Shown here: positions 51,738 to 64,000 of the stretch, piece by piece | How positions within the stretch are numbered: the stretch's first letter is position 1 | How the letters are laid out: each line of letters starts with the position of its first letter | NCBI GenBank assembly: GCA_964016885.1 | Contig: OZ024750.1 | Coordinates: 24,552,001 to 24,616,000, forward strand | DNA length: 64,000 bases | From: Eledone cirrhosa | Taxonomy: Eukaryota | Direction of reading: 5' to 3' | Program-made: the position numbers and the translations under genes | The notes under the pieces: model-generated | Told to the model about the DNA's origin: nothing | The model's input: the letters and a program-made list of their open reading frames with translations, nothing else | Database searches by the model: none

Positions 51738-52701
51738 GTGGCTGCCAACTCGTTTTCGAGTACGGCCACTACTTTATATCCATGTAGGAGAATCCTTACC
51801 GATGCGCTGAACGAGTGTGACTTTTTAGTCCAGCCAACGACTTGAAAACTCTGGTACAAACACTACAGTTGTGACAATTATTGACACATAGTGCTGGGCC
51901 CATGGTACCATGTGATGACAAGTGCAGAGAGACATACATACATACATACATACATACATACATACATACATACATACATACATACATACATACGAACATA
52001 TATATTTATATATTTACAAACATACATACATGATGGCTGCAAACTCTGCTAAGAGTATTGCAATCACTTGTCAGATTATAGAGTTCGGTGCACTTTTAGG
52101 CTACACTTTTAGGTTACACGAACCTGTAACAGATCCTAAACAAGCAGTGCCTGTGCTTTGAAGGTATTTTTAAGTGGAGAAAGGCCTTGCACTCGACTAA
52201 TCCCACTCTCTGAGCATCGAAAACACTACCCGAAAAGGAGAACTGGTTAACATAATCGGATGTTTCCGAAGCCGCAGGTTTTTTTTCTTTTCAGAGTTTT
52301 CCTCTCTTAGAAAGGTGTTGTGACAACAACTGGGGCCTTTCACTCCCAGGTGAAAAAAAAAAAGTACTATTTGGATGGCTGTTGCCTCTGTTGACTTCCT
52401 CTGCCCTTTGCCGGATCTTGTATTTCATCCCAGAGGGTGTCCAAATATTATCCTCCTCACCAAGCTAGCTTGGTGGGGTTGCCGGTTTAATAGCCGACGA
52501 CCCGACCATGAGATATGTTGCACTGGGTTACATGTTACCAGTAGCACTCGAGAGCGACCTGAGAACCTGTGATCTACACAGTTCAGAAATGTGTAACATG
52601 TCTTTCCATAATGTTATCTGAAATAGATCGATGTTCTATATACGGAGATACATATTCCTTGCTTGATTTAGCTAAGCAATAGCTCTTAGATATTTTTTCG
52701 G

Positions 52702-53244
52702 GAAATATATATATATGTATATATACAGTATTTACGTATCGAGAAAGAGAAAAAAAGGGGAGGATAGGTGATACATATAGTTATTTGCCAAGTAGCGTAT
52801 GCCAAAGGTGCTCGATACTAGTGCCGGCAGTATTAAATATTCGAAGTATTAATATTTAGTGGGCTAGAGAGTTAGCAGAGCGTAAGCACGTGGGAAAGTA
52901 AAAAAAATCGGAGAATAGACCGTTAAAACATGTTTATTTAAAACAGCACCTACGTACGTTTCGCCCAGTTGGGCTTCTCGGGCGAAACGTACGTAGGTGC
53001 TGTTTTAAATAAACATGTTTTAACGGTCTATTCTCCGATTTTTTTAACTTTCCCACGTGCTTACGCTCTGCTAACTCTCTAGCCCACTAAATATTAATAC
53101 TTCGAATATTTAATACTGCCGGCACTAGTATCGAGCACCTTTGGCATACGCTACTTGGCAAATAACTATATGTATCACCTATCCTCCCCTTTTTTTCTCT
53201 TTCTCGATACGTAAATACTGTATATGTATATATATATATATTTC
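52702..53244. mobile_element. Near-perfect ~540-bp palindrome, Penelope-like
   Basis: Arms of ~265 bp are almost identical; centre AGAA-GCCCAacTGGGC-GAAAC-GTAC-GTA (hammerhead lacking the 5' core); TA-rich ends. Confidence 0.6.
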
Positions 53245-53737
53245 ACTGTTTTTTTTTTTTCAGTTCTTGAAATACGACCATGCCTTTTACTTCCTTATTA
53301 TATTAATACTTCATCATAAACTGACCTGTGTGCTTCCACATCATTCTAGGAGAGGTGCACTGACGTCGAGTGCTTAATTCTGATCACACCAGCATTTATC
53401 GATTAATGTTTGTGACTGCGAAAATAATCACTAATAATTAACTTGAAATAACGCCAGTCATCACTAATAAGTAACTTGAAATAATGGTTTCTTATATAGG
53501 CACAAGGCCAGTAATTTGGGGGAAGAGGAAGTCGATTAAATTGATCCCAGTGCGTGACTGGTACTTTATTTTATCAACCCCATAAGGATGAAAAGCAAAG
53601 TTAACCTCGGCGGGATTTGAACTCAGACCGTAAGGGACCATAACTCTATGCCTCAATACATGGTGTCTGACTCTCCACCGATACTGCCAATGACGGTCAT
53701 TTGCAGTTTCTCGACACCAAATTTCACTCACAAAGCA

Positions 53738-53830
53738 CGGGTCAACTCGAAGCTACCACACAGTGTCAACGGGTCAACTCGAAGCTACCACACAGTGTCA
53801 ACGGGTCAACTCGAAGCTACCACACAGTGT
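53738..53830. repeat. 32-bp tandem repeat x~3
   Basis: CGGGTCAACTCGAAGCTACCACACAGTGTCAA. Confidence 0.9.
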
Positions 53831-53959
53831 GGCCGATACCAAAACCAAGTGGTTGCGAAGAAAATTTCTTAAATGCACATTCATGACTAATGTAGAATAT
53901 TTACACTTATTTTTTAAAATATATTTCTTCTTTAATGAATACTTTAAGGAATTCTAAAG

Positions 53960-54121
53960 GCCACACAAATTAAACATTGAAGGGCAGAAACGCCACACAA
54001 ATTAAACATTGAAGAGCAGAAACGCCACACAAATTAAACATTGAAGAGCAGAAACGCCACACAAATTAAACATTGAAGAGCAGAAACGCCACACAAATTA
54101 AACATTGAAGAGCAGAAACGC
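53960..54121. repeat. 32-bp tandem repeat x5
   Basis: GCCACACAAATTAAACATTGAAGAGCAGAAAC. Confidence 0.9.
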
Positions 54122-55148
54122 TTACTATCCTATGGTATGTTATGACATTTTATGGTCCCGTAACTCTTGATAGAATCGTAGGGGTGCTGTATTGACATAC
54201 GGCGTTTTGGGGGGCATTTTAAGCCTGGCGGAGCCCATCCCTCTCCAGGCCGGAGTACAGCAGATTTCTTCCAGAGAAAGATAGAAAGTGAGAGAGAAAG
54301 GAAGTGAGAAAGAGATATAGAGGAAGAATCTACCCCAGTACTAGACTGGTACTTTTTTTTATCGACCTTGAAAGGATGAAAGGCAAAGTTGACCTCGGCA
54401 GGATTTGAACTCAGAGAGCAGAGAGCCGGAACAAATACCATAAGGCATTCTACCCGACGTTCTAACGACTCTGCCAATTCACCGCCTACTATCCTATAGA
54501 AAAGAATTATATAAAGAAATCACATCTGCTTTGGTATAATTAGTATATTCTACAGTTGTTTCTACTTTTGGCACAAGGCCAGCAATTACCCAGTGCATTA
54601 CTGGTACTTTATTTCATCGACCCCGTAAGGATGAAAGGCAAAGTTAACCTCGGCGGGATTTGAACTCAGAATGGCAATGGCCGTAGCTCTATGCGTCAAA
54701 GCATGGCGTCCGACCCTCTACCTATACTGCCAATCCACCACTAATTCTAAACTGTATACTATTTCGTATATTCTGATGTCACACTTGCTTCGTACTATCT
54801 GCGTATTAGTTTGGGGAGGACGTCGTCGAATATAAAACAAAATCGATAAATCTTTCACTATGCTATAGATTTTCTATTTGATATAATACTAATTCTTCGA
54901 CAGCTATGTAAACAATGATCGAACTACATCCATGACATATTTGGTTAAATAGAAATGAATACTGTATACGTGTATGTCTGCTGTGGTGTATGTGTGTATG
55001 TGTTTGTGTATGTGTGAGCGGCTGTGTGTGTGAATATGCATTATATATATATATATATATATATATAAATATAAACATAAATATATATATATATATATAT
55101 ATATAAATATAAATATATATATATAAATATAAATATATATATATATAA

Positions 55149-55247
<99 letters not shown>

Positions 55248-55296
55248 TATATATATATAAATATAAACATAAATATATATATATATATAAATATAT

Positions 55297-55327
<31 letters not shown>

Positions 55328-55334
55328 AATATAT

Positions 55335-55486
55335 ATTTCGTTTCTGAATTTGTTTAGCAAGATTCTTTATCTGAAATCGTGTGTTGAAACCGATATTGTT
55401 ATACTTTGGGAGGGTCATGTTGCCAATAAGAAACACACGCGTGTGTTTCTTATTGGCAACATGACCCTCCCAAAGTATAACAATAT
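55335..55486. repeat. Perfect ~94-bp palindrome in (TA)n
   Basis: 55393-55486 is self-complementary around GAAACACACGCGTGTGTTTC, with a unique tail on one side. Confidence 0.7.
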
Positions 55487-55508
55487 AAATATATATATAT
55501 ATATAAAT

Positions 55509-55539
<31 letters not shown>

Positions 55540-55591
55540 AATATATAAATATATATATATATATATAAATATATATATATATAAATATATA

Positions 55592-55673
<82 letters not shown>

Positions 55674-56441
55674 TAACGTGCAAGTGGCTGAGCATTCCAC
55701 AAATACGCGTACCATTAACGAAGTTATCGGGGAGATTCGGCGTTCGAATTTCAGGTACAACTCATTTTTGCCAGCTGAGCGAACAGGAGCAACTGGAAAT
55801 AAAGTGTCTTGCTCAAGGACACAGCCTGCCGCCGGGAATCGAACTCACGGCTTTACACGCCTTTATATTGAGAAATAAACACGTATACATCTTTCCTCCA
55901 CAGCATGCTTTTAAATGTCAACGCTTTGGTCTACTTTTGTATCTCCACCTACAGAGAGTTCAGCATTCAGCAGTAATTTTACTTTGTCAAACGACTGACT
56001 AACGAGATGTATTTCAGAGAATAAAATTCTAACAAGGTAAATTTATTCATTATTGCATTTATTAATGTTCATATTAATGCTAATATATGTCAATTTAGCA
56101 CGTTAGACATAGAATAGACATCAAAGGTAATGGCACACATAAGCCAAATGTTAACGAATGTCGCAAATAAAGAAGAGTTCAACAGATATCAGTCTTTGTT
56201 AATTTGATATAACACGCTATTATTGAAACGACTAATATTAATGTTTTACCTCGGTTCTCAAATTCATATCGCTTATGAAGAATAGAGTCGATTTCTAAAC
56301 TAAAAGAGATGAAGTCTTTTAGTGGCTAAGAATACATAGTTTATTGCTAGTGTTTCAAAGAGCCAGCGGTGCCATTAAGACAAATTAGGCAGCAGCTTAG
56401 GGCGCATTACTGAACCTTAAAGGATCGCAGTAATATACAAA

Positions 56442-56923
56442 TCTATACTATAATAAAGGGAGGAATGCGCAACATCGTCTGATTTATATTTTTTAATCCC
56501 GTTAGTAAAATAAGTTATATATATATATATAATATCGTCTTTTTAAAATGTATCATGGATTACTTTACTGATTACAGATGACAGTGTAACACAGTCTCTC
56601 CAATTTCTGTGCATATTGTCAATTAACGATTTCATTTGATGTATCATATCTACATGCATATAATTGTTTCTACTTTAGGCACAAGGCCAGCAATTATCCA
56701 GTGCATTACTGGTACTTTATTTTATCGACCCCGTAAGGATGAAAGGCAAAGTCAACCTCGGCGGGATTTGAACTCAGATCGTAAAGGGACATAACTATGC
56801 TGGAAAGCATGGCGTCCGACCCTCTACCGATACTGCCAATGCATATAATATTTGCGTATAATATCAATATGCATACTACCACATGCTAGCAGAAAACCTC
56901 ACGAAGGGTGGTTTTTCTGCTAG
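56442..56923 (+). mobile_element. Non-autonomous Helitron with nested SINE (56659-56840)
   Basis: A|TCTATACTATAATAAAG start; CTAGCAGAAAACC..GGTTTTTCTGCTAG|T terminal hairpin; no TSD. Confidence 0.7.
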
Positions 56924-57096
56924 TTTGTATAATTAATTTAAATGTACGTATAATATTTTCTTTCGCTCAACCAATATATCTCTAAATATCTGTACTGCGT
57001 AGCAGCATTGGGGAAATATCCAAAACGGCGGAGAAAAAGGTATAGTGTTATGACTTGTGACATGATTTGACGGGGATGAGTGCGGATTGTGTAGCA

Positions 57097-57428
57097 CAGA
57101 GGTTCTCAAGCGTTTTGAACCACCACCCACCTCACGGCCACGTAAAACCCTCAGCGCTCCCAACCCTATTTCTAGAGAGATCTGCCTACATACAAATTGT
57201 AAATTGTAAACAATATATTATAAATTAAATCGTTAATTTATATATAATAAATAATATAATATATACTATATATGAATAAATATTATATATTTTTTATTTT
57301 ACTATATTTATATATAATATCATTTGATATTTAATATACTATTATATCCTCTTCCCTTAGGCCGTAGCGCCTCCTAGACATTCTCAACGATCCCTGGAGG
57401 GCGGTAGCACCCAATTTGATAACCTCTG
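57097..57428. mobile_element. hAT (Charlie-like) MITE
   Basis: TIRs CAGAGGTTCTCAA / TTGATAACCTCTG and a perfect 8-bp TSD GTGTAGCA. Confidence 0.85.
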
Positions 57429-58692
57429 GTGTAGCAGTAAATACGAGCTCAACATTTTCTTGGTAAAGTCAGAGCAAGAAGTATCAAAGACAAGGATTGT
57501 CAGTTTGGCAATCTGTACGTTGAAATTATTTTACTAGGGAGAATGTAACTGGGAGGGGGTGTACATGCTAACCTAAGCACCGGTCCTGAGTACCCACACA
57601 TCGGGAGAATTGGGGTTTATGATTAAGAAAAGCGAATGAGCAAGATGAAATTTGCTACGAGTGCCCAAGTCGGAATTTCAAAACTATCTCTAGCAGAAGA
57701 ACAAATATTTCTTTGAAAGCTCAAACGTAGAGTTATGACAAATCCCTGCTCTGTCCTGTTTATTAGAGGCAGGTTCCACGAAATGAAATCACAAACAGTA
57801 AATTAGGAGTAATTCCAACATGGAAAAGAAGGAAAGAAAAGGGGCTCTTAACTTCTGAGACAAGAATACGCTATAGCTTATATGCTTTTTGCATATAAAA
57901 CAACTGCTGGAGATGTGTATTTGCATCTGTGACAAAGATATCGTTTATGCCATTATATCTCTCTCTATTATGAAGGTACATAGCTTAGTGGTTAGAGCGT
58001 CGGGCTTACAATCGTGAGGTTGTGAGTTCGATTCTCAAACCGAGCCTTGCGTTGTGTTCTTGAGCAAGACACTTTATTTCATGTGGCTCCAGTTCACTCA
58101 GCTGTAGAAATGAGTTGCGGCGTCAATGGTGCTAAGCTGTATTGGTCTTTGCCTAACCTAATATCGGTGGTGCGGAGAGGGGAGACTGGTATGCATGGGT
58201 GACTTCTGGTCTTCCACGAACAACCTTTCCCAGACTTGTGCCCCGGCGGTGCAAATTCCATTGTCATTCGTTACCAAAGAGGCTCTTTACCTTATTATGA
58301 ATCACACTAAGTTTGTGGTACTGCTAATTAACCCAAGTTAGTCAAGCTCACGCTATATGGAACTGAGCATATCCAACAGATGTTTTATACACAAAAGTAT
58401 ATAAACTAATAGACTGTTCTTATCTCAGAACCACGTGAGTAAATGTCACCGATAATGGATAAAAATCTAGAAACAATTCGGTGATAGGTGTAAGATGATC
58501 ACTGCTTAAAATATTCATAGCGAGATTTTTATGTTTATTATACATAAACATGTCATATATGTTTTTATATATACCTCTGTTATGAATCCTGCTACGTTAG
58601 TTTATATATATGTAAATTTATTTATGTATATATATGTACACTCACATACATACATATACTGTATATATAAATATATATATATTATATATATA

Positions 58693-58807
<115 letters not shown>

Positions 58808-59539
58808 AATGCACGCACACACACAAACATATATATATATATATATATATATGTTCTTATGCACACACACACACACATACATATATATATAAGGATCTAT
58901 ATTGGTAAACTCCAATATAACCATACATATACTATATACATGTATAATGTACGCACACACACAAACATATTTATCTATACATATTCTTATGCACACACAC
59001 ACACACACACATACGCACACACACAAACACACACACATACGCACACACACAAACACACACGCATATATATATATATATACATATTTATACACAAACACAA
59101 TTTATTTATAGGAGATTCTTTAAATGGTCTTTGATGGGTTTTTTTATACCATTATTAAGTTTACAAAATTAACATTTCCCATTATCATTTTTTTATCTCT
59201 ATTATTCCAGTATGAATTTTGCATAACGTATTTATATTCTCATATTATTTGTTATATATGCAATCATTCTTATATCATCACAATAAACATTTCCTTTGTC
59301 ATCTATTTAATAAAGGCGCATTACTATTGATGTTTCCACTCCAACATTTTGCGGTTAATTTGATGGTGTTTTCTCATTTTGTTTTCTTACAAAACATTTA
59401 TTATATTCGTGTAGTACACATACTTTATCTATATAAATATTCTTTGATATATTTTGATATATTTTGATATAATTTGATATAATTTGATTTTTTTTATAAA
59501 CATTTACGTAAACTCACGTACACGCACACGCTTACGCAC

Positions 59540-59558
59540 AAGCACGCACACAAATATA

Positions 59559-59619
<61 letters not shown>

Positions 59620-59656
59620 AAGTTAAATAAAAGTCAAATGATTAAAATTTAGCTTC

Positions 59657-59696
<40 letters not shown>

Positions 59697-59841
59697 ATGT
59701 GTATGTATATATATGTATATATATGTGTGTATATATATATGTGTGTGTGTGTGTATATATATATATGTATATCTATATATATATTTATATCTATATATAT
59801 ATATACATACATATATATATATTTATATATATACACATATT

Positions 59842-59918
<77 letters not shown>

Positions 59919-59972
59919 ATATATATATATATACATGTATATATATATGTATATATATATACATATATATGT

Positions 59973-60010
<38 letters not shown>

Positions 60011-60108
60011 ATATATATATATATACATGTATATATATATGTATATATATATACATATATATGTATACATATATATATGTATATATATATACACATATAT
60101 ATGTATAC

Positions 60109-60153
<45 letters not shown>

Positions 60154-60181
60154 TACATATATATGTATATATTCACATACA

Positions 60182-60226
<45 letters not shown>

Positions 60227-60496
60227 GTATATATATATGTATATATATATAGACATATATATATATGTATATATATATAGACATATATATATATATAAAT
60301 GTATATATATATATATATACATATATATAAATGTATATATATATATACATATATATATATAAATGTATATATATATATACATATATATATATGTATATAT
60401 ATATACATATATATATATACATATATATATATATACATATATATATATATGTACATATATATATACATATATATATATATACATATATATATATAT
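59540..60496. repeat. Long degenerate (TA)n microsatellite field (one of many)
   Basis: Similar fields at 25665-26050, 32030-32590, 33560-33912, 34324-34650 and 55040-55668; (CA)n at 450-545, 45160-45650 and 51585-51677. Confidence 0.95.
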
Positions 60497-60597
60497 GCCG
60501 TTGGAGTTAAACATTTTCCTATTACCCCTCTACTGCCCAGAGTATTGAGTACTCTGGTGCGTTATGATCCATCTGGTTCCTTACCACACTTCCTTCG

Positions 60598-60664
<67 letters not shown>

Positions 60665-60834
60665 AAAAGAGTCAAGACCCCGACGGCTGAGCTCCGGCCG
60701 TTTCGACAGCTAGATCCGAACAGTTCGGCTCTAGCTGTCAAATCACGGGAACTGAGTCGACGGGATCCTGTCTTTTTTCCTATTACCCACTCTACTACCA
60801 TAAGTATCGAGTACTCTGGTGCGTTATGGTCCAC

Positions 60835-60836
<2 letters not shown>
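60497..60836 (+). mobile_element. Two (TA)n-embedded Penelope-like terminal pieces (family of 5326-5530)
   Basis: 60497-60600 is tail only; 60661-60836 is an imperfect hairpin plus tail with ACTC..GAGTACTC. Confidence 0.55.
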
Positions 60837-60909
<73 letters not shown>

Positions 60910-61016
60910 ATGCAGTGCTGAGATCGCGGAAACCACTAACTACACAAACTGAAACTGCGTGACGCCACGGTCGGGATTTTACCTATCTCTCTGCGTGTGT
61001 GCGTGTGCGTGTGTGT

Positions 61017-61064
<48 letters not shown>

Positions 61065-61106
61065 ATTTATAGCGTAGGCCTAATGTTACACAGTTGGGAG
61101 ATGAAT

Positions 61107-61605
61107 TCATCATCATCATCATCAGGTCGAGCTTGCTCGGCTTTCTACGACACGTTTCCTCCATCCATCTCTGTCTCTCATAGCGTTTGCCAGTTCTTCC
61201 GCAGTGCATCCAGTACCGTCCTCAAGTTGCTTGACGTATGTCTTCTTGGGACGACCAGCGTATCTTGCTCCATGAGATGGACTCCATAACAACACATCAC
61301 CTGCTATTTCTTCCTTGCTGCGCCAACAGTGGCCAGAAAATCACCGATGCTGACTATGCGGATGATTTAGCGGTCCTCGCTGACTACCTTAAGGATGCAA
61401 CATCACTACTTCACAGCATCGAATCAGTTGCAAATGAAATCGGACTCTATGTCAACGCAGACAAAACAGAATATATTTACCTGAACCAAGACTCCTCAGT
61501 TGGTATGCGAAGTCTAAACGGCAGTATAATCAAGCAAATTGACGATTTCAAATACCTGGGTAGCTATATCGCCTCCACAGAACATGATGTTAACATCAGA
61601 CTGGG
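61107..61605. mobile_element. RTE LINE with 5' inversion (3' end on -, RT YADD piece on +)
   Basis: (CAT)n tail and GRPKKTY..DGWRKRV on -; ITDADYADDL..VNADKTEY..FKYLGS on +; flanked by direct repeat TGGGAGATGAATT. Confidence 0.75.
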
Positions 61606-63156
61606 AGATGAATTAGTGAATTAAATCACCCAGGTTACTTAATCTGTACATTATTTATCAGTCTCGGAAGGATGAAACGCAAATATTACCTCGATTGGAT
61701 TTGAACTCAGAACGTTAAATGCTGGAAAAAATATGGCAAGGCATTTTGTCTGGCTCTCTAATGATTCTACCAAACTTAAATAAATGTTTCTCTTTGAATC
61801 TACGAAAACATTTCTATTGGATATATTACTTCTTAAAATTTCTAATCGGAAATATAAATAATCAGATATTCGTTCTGCTGTGAAAATGTATTGCAGTGAA
61901 CTCTCTAACGATATTGCTGAGCTCATCAACTTCTATATAGAACAAAACGAACAATACTTGTATATCTCTTTCATAATTTCGCCCAAATTAGCATTTACAT
62001 TCAAGCGAACAAATTATATTTTGTACTCAGTAACTATATAAAAGTTCGGAAAATTGGAACTCTTTCACGTGAACATAAGAAAGGTCACTGATGAATCTAA
62101 TCCTTATTTTATGTCCACTTTAAAGTATTATTTTCAAACAGGAAATAGGTAAATGACATTGTGAATTTAACCGGAAGATATAAAGAAAGGAATACAATAG
62201 TGTGATATTTTCTGACAAATAATGTCCGAAATTGATCAGTAATTATATAAAGTTCGTCTCCACTATCAAAACCCGATTAGACCCTGGATGGATAAAGGCC
62301 TCTTTGGTTCTTCTTGGCAATGAATAACTTAATATACCACCAGAAATTTACAACAAAAGAGAGGAAGTTTCGTTAAAATGACCCAGTCATTGAGATTATT
62401 AGGATATCAAATTAGAATCTTTCTATTTTGTTTCCGTGTCTTGTAGATGAAACGTGAATTTAAGTACACTTGTACTCCCCCCCCCCTCTCTCTCTCTCTC
62501 ACATTGGTCGTCGCTCACAATAAGTATGGCTTGGTAAAAGAACAAATTTTCTTCTTCGATCCTGTTTTAGGTACCTATGTTGCCTTGAGCAAACACAGAC
62601 TCTGTCTTGACCGTTCGCTCCTGTTTTAGGGACATATGTAGCTTGGAGAAAACGCAGACTCTCACTTGACCGTTCGATCCGGTTTTAGGGACATATGTAT
62701 CCCGGAGAAAACGCAGACATACTCTCTATTCACGCACTCGTGATCCTACAGAATATCTAACTCATGACAATCGGAAAGAAAGTGTGTTGCCTCTATCAAA
62801 TCCATAGATGAGAGCAAGGTTTACTTGAAAGAACTATCCTAGGATTTGTATTGAATTTTTATAGACCCAACAGTGCTATCCGTTGTGTTGTTGCGCCATG
62901 ATAAATGCAGCCACTGTTTGTCAACCTCGTCCTTTACTTTGGATTATTAGGAGCTAACCTCCTCCTCTATCGACAAGCCGCACCATTATCCACCGTTTGT
63001 AGATGCAACCTATAGCAATACAGATATCTATTCAAATAAATACATAGCACAAGCTGGTTGGTTGCATGGAAACTTGATATGAATATGTGTATGTATGTAT
63101 GTATGTATGTATGTATGTATGTATGTATGTATGTATGTATGTATGTATGTATGTAT

Positions 63157-63890
63157 GTTTTCTCTTTCTCTTAATTTCGAGTATATTTTTTTGACCGGCC
63201 ACCTTCCTGGTGGCAAGGTTGTAAAAGAAAAGAAATTGTCATCCCTTGAATCGCAAGAATGTTTTGCAAATTTTGAAGGTGCCAGCTATCGCAGCCATTT
63301 GTAGACTATGAATTAGGGAGCAGCGCTTTTTTGTCCGCAAATCCAAGTTCAGTCATACTTTGGTCCAAGCGGGTTGGTATATAACCCGTAGCTCCAATAA
63401 TGATGGGTATGAAGCTAAAGGTGTATCTTGGATACTGGATTTGTAAACTCCTCATCAATGGTCCGTAGATGTCCTCCTTCTCCTGTATTTTTCTGACAAC
63501 GTTTACATCAAGTGGGCAGCTGATCTCCACAACAGAACACGTTTTCAATGTGTGGTCCCAAACTACAATATCAGGCCGGTTGTGCTTTAATTTGCTGGCA
63601 GTTTTTATTTTCAGGTTCCACCAGTATTCCTTAGTGCCATCTGTCTCAATATATTCTTCCTCGTTTGTTGTTAATTTTGTTTTCCGAAGTGCGTTCCAGA
63701 TGGTTCTAGCTATCCCATCGTGTCTCATGGGGAGGTAGTAGCGAGATGACATTCTTTCGCAGCTGGCAACAATGTGGCTTACATCCTCGATCTTTGTTTT
63801 ACATACCCTACATTTATTGTCAGCTGTTGGCCCTCCTCTTTTGTGCAGCAGATATTTGGTAGGGAGTTCTTGTTCCTGTATTGCATAGAG
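63157..63890 (-). mobile_element. 5'-truncated R4/Dong-like LINE (CCHC knuckle + restriction-like endonuclease)
   Basis: AIQEQELPT..CRVC..EDVSHIVASC..RHD..RPDIVVWD..VVEISCP..KEDIY..PIIIGATG; frameshift near 63310; (TATG)n on both sides. Confidence 0.85.
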
Positions 63891-64000
63891 ATGTATGTAT
63901 GTATGTATGTATGTATGTATGTATGTATGTATGTATGTATGTATGTATGTATGTATGTATGTATGTATGTATGTCGGGTCACTCTTGAGTGCTACTGGTA

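Noticed and set aside
53738-54121. Two 32-bp arrays as CRISPR or iterons
   Set aside because: Direct head-to-tail tandem repeats with no spacers.
57971-58050. tRNA gene (also 19252 and 48667)
   Set aside because: A/B boxes continue into CORE-like SINE bodies and the cloverleaf stems are imperfect, so these are SINE heads.
59642-60514. Long YI/CV/HT/MYVC-repeat ORFs throughout the track
   Set aside because: Translations of (TA)n, (CA)n and (TACA)n microsatellites, which lack stop codons.

Overview
AT-rich, microsatellite-dense eukaryotic DNA. The SINE/LINE content and the (TA)n/(CA)n/(TACA)n load suggest a cephalopod, probably Octopus (inference, not checked). I can support only one host gene: the 5' part of a minus-strand polycystin-1/REJ-family receptor. 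It was reconstructed by hand as 9 phase-compatible GT-AG exons (24256 to 2501, about 865 aa: signal peptide, PKD-like fold, REJ region, helical post-REJ region) and continues off the left edge. The rest is transposon-derived: RTE, Tx1/L1-like, CR1-like and R4/Dong-like LINE fragments, tRNA-derived SINEs, Helitron, hAT and piggyBac MITEs, and minisatellites. The most striking unannotated signal is a recurring architecture shared by several sequence-unrelated families: short (TA)n-embedded palindromes whose arms carry hammerhead-ribozyme motifs reading outward from the centre, often with a conserved ACTC..GAGTRC stem in the 3' tail. These are probably Penelope-like element termini. They include core variants (CCGANGA, CAGAAGA) with covarying stems, and one pair of arms differs by a precise 58-nt GT..AG segment inside hammerhead stem II. 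Most long ORFs in the supplied track are microsatellite artefacts.
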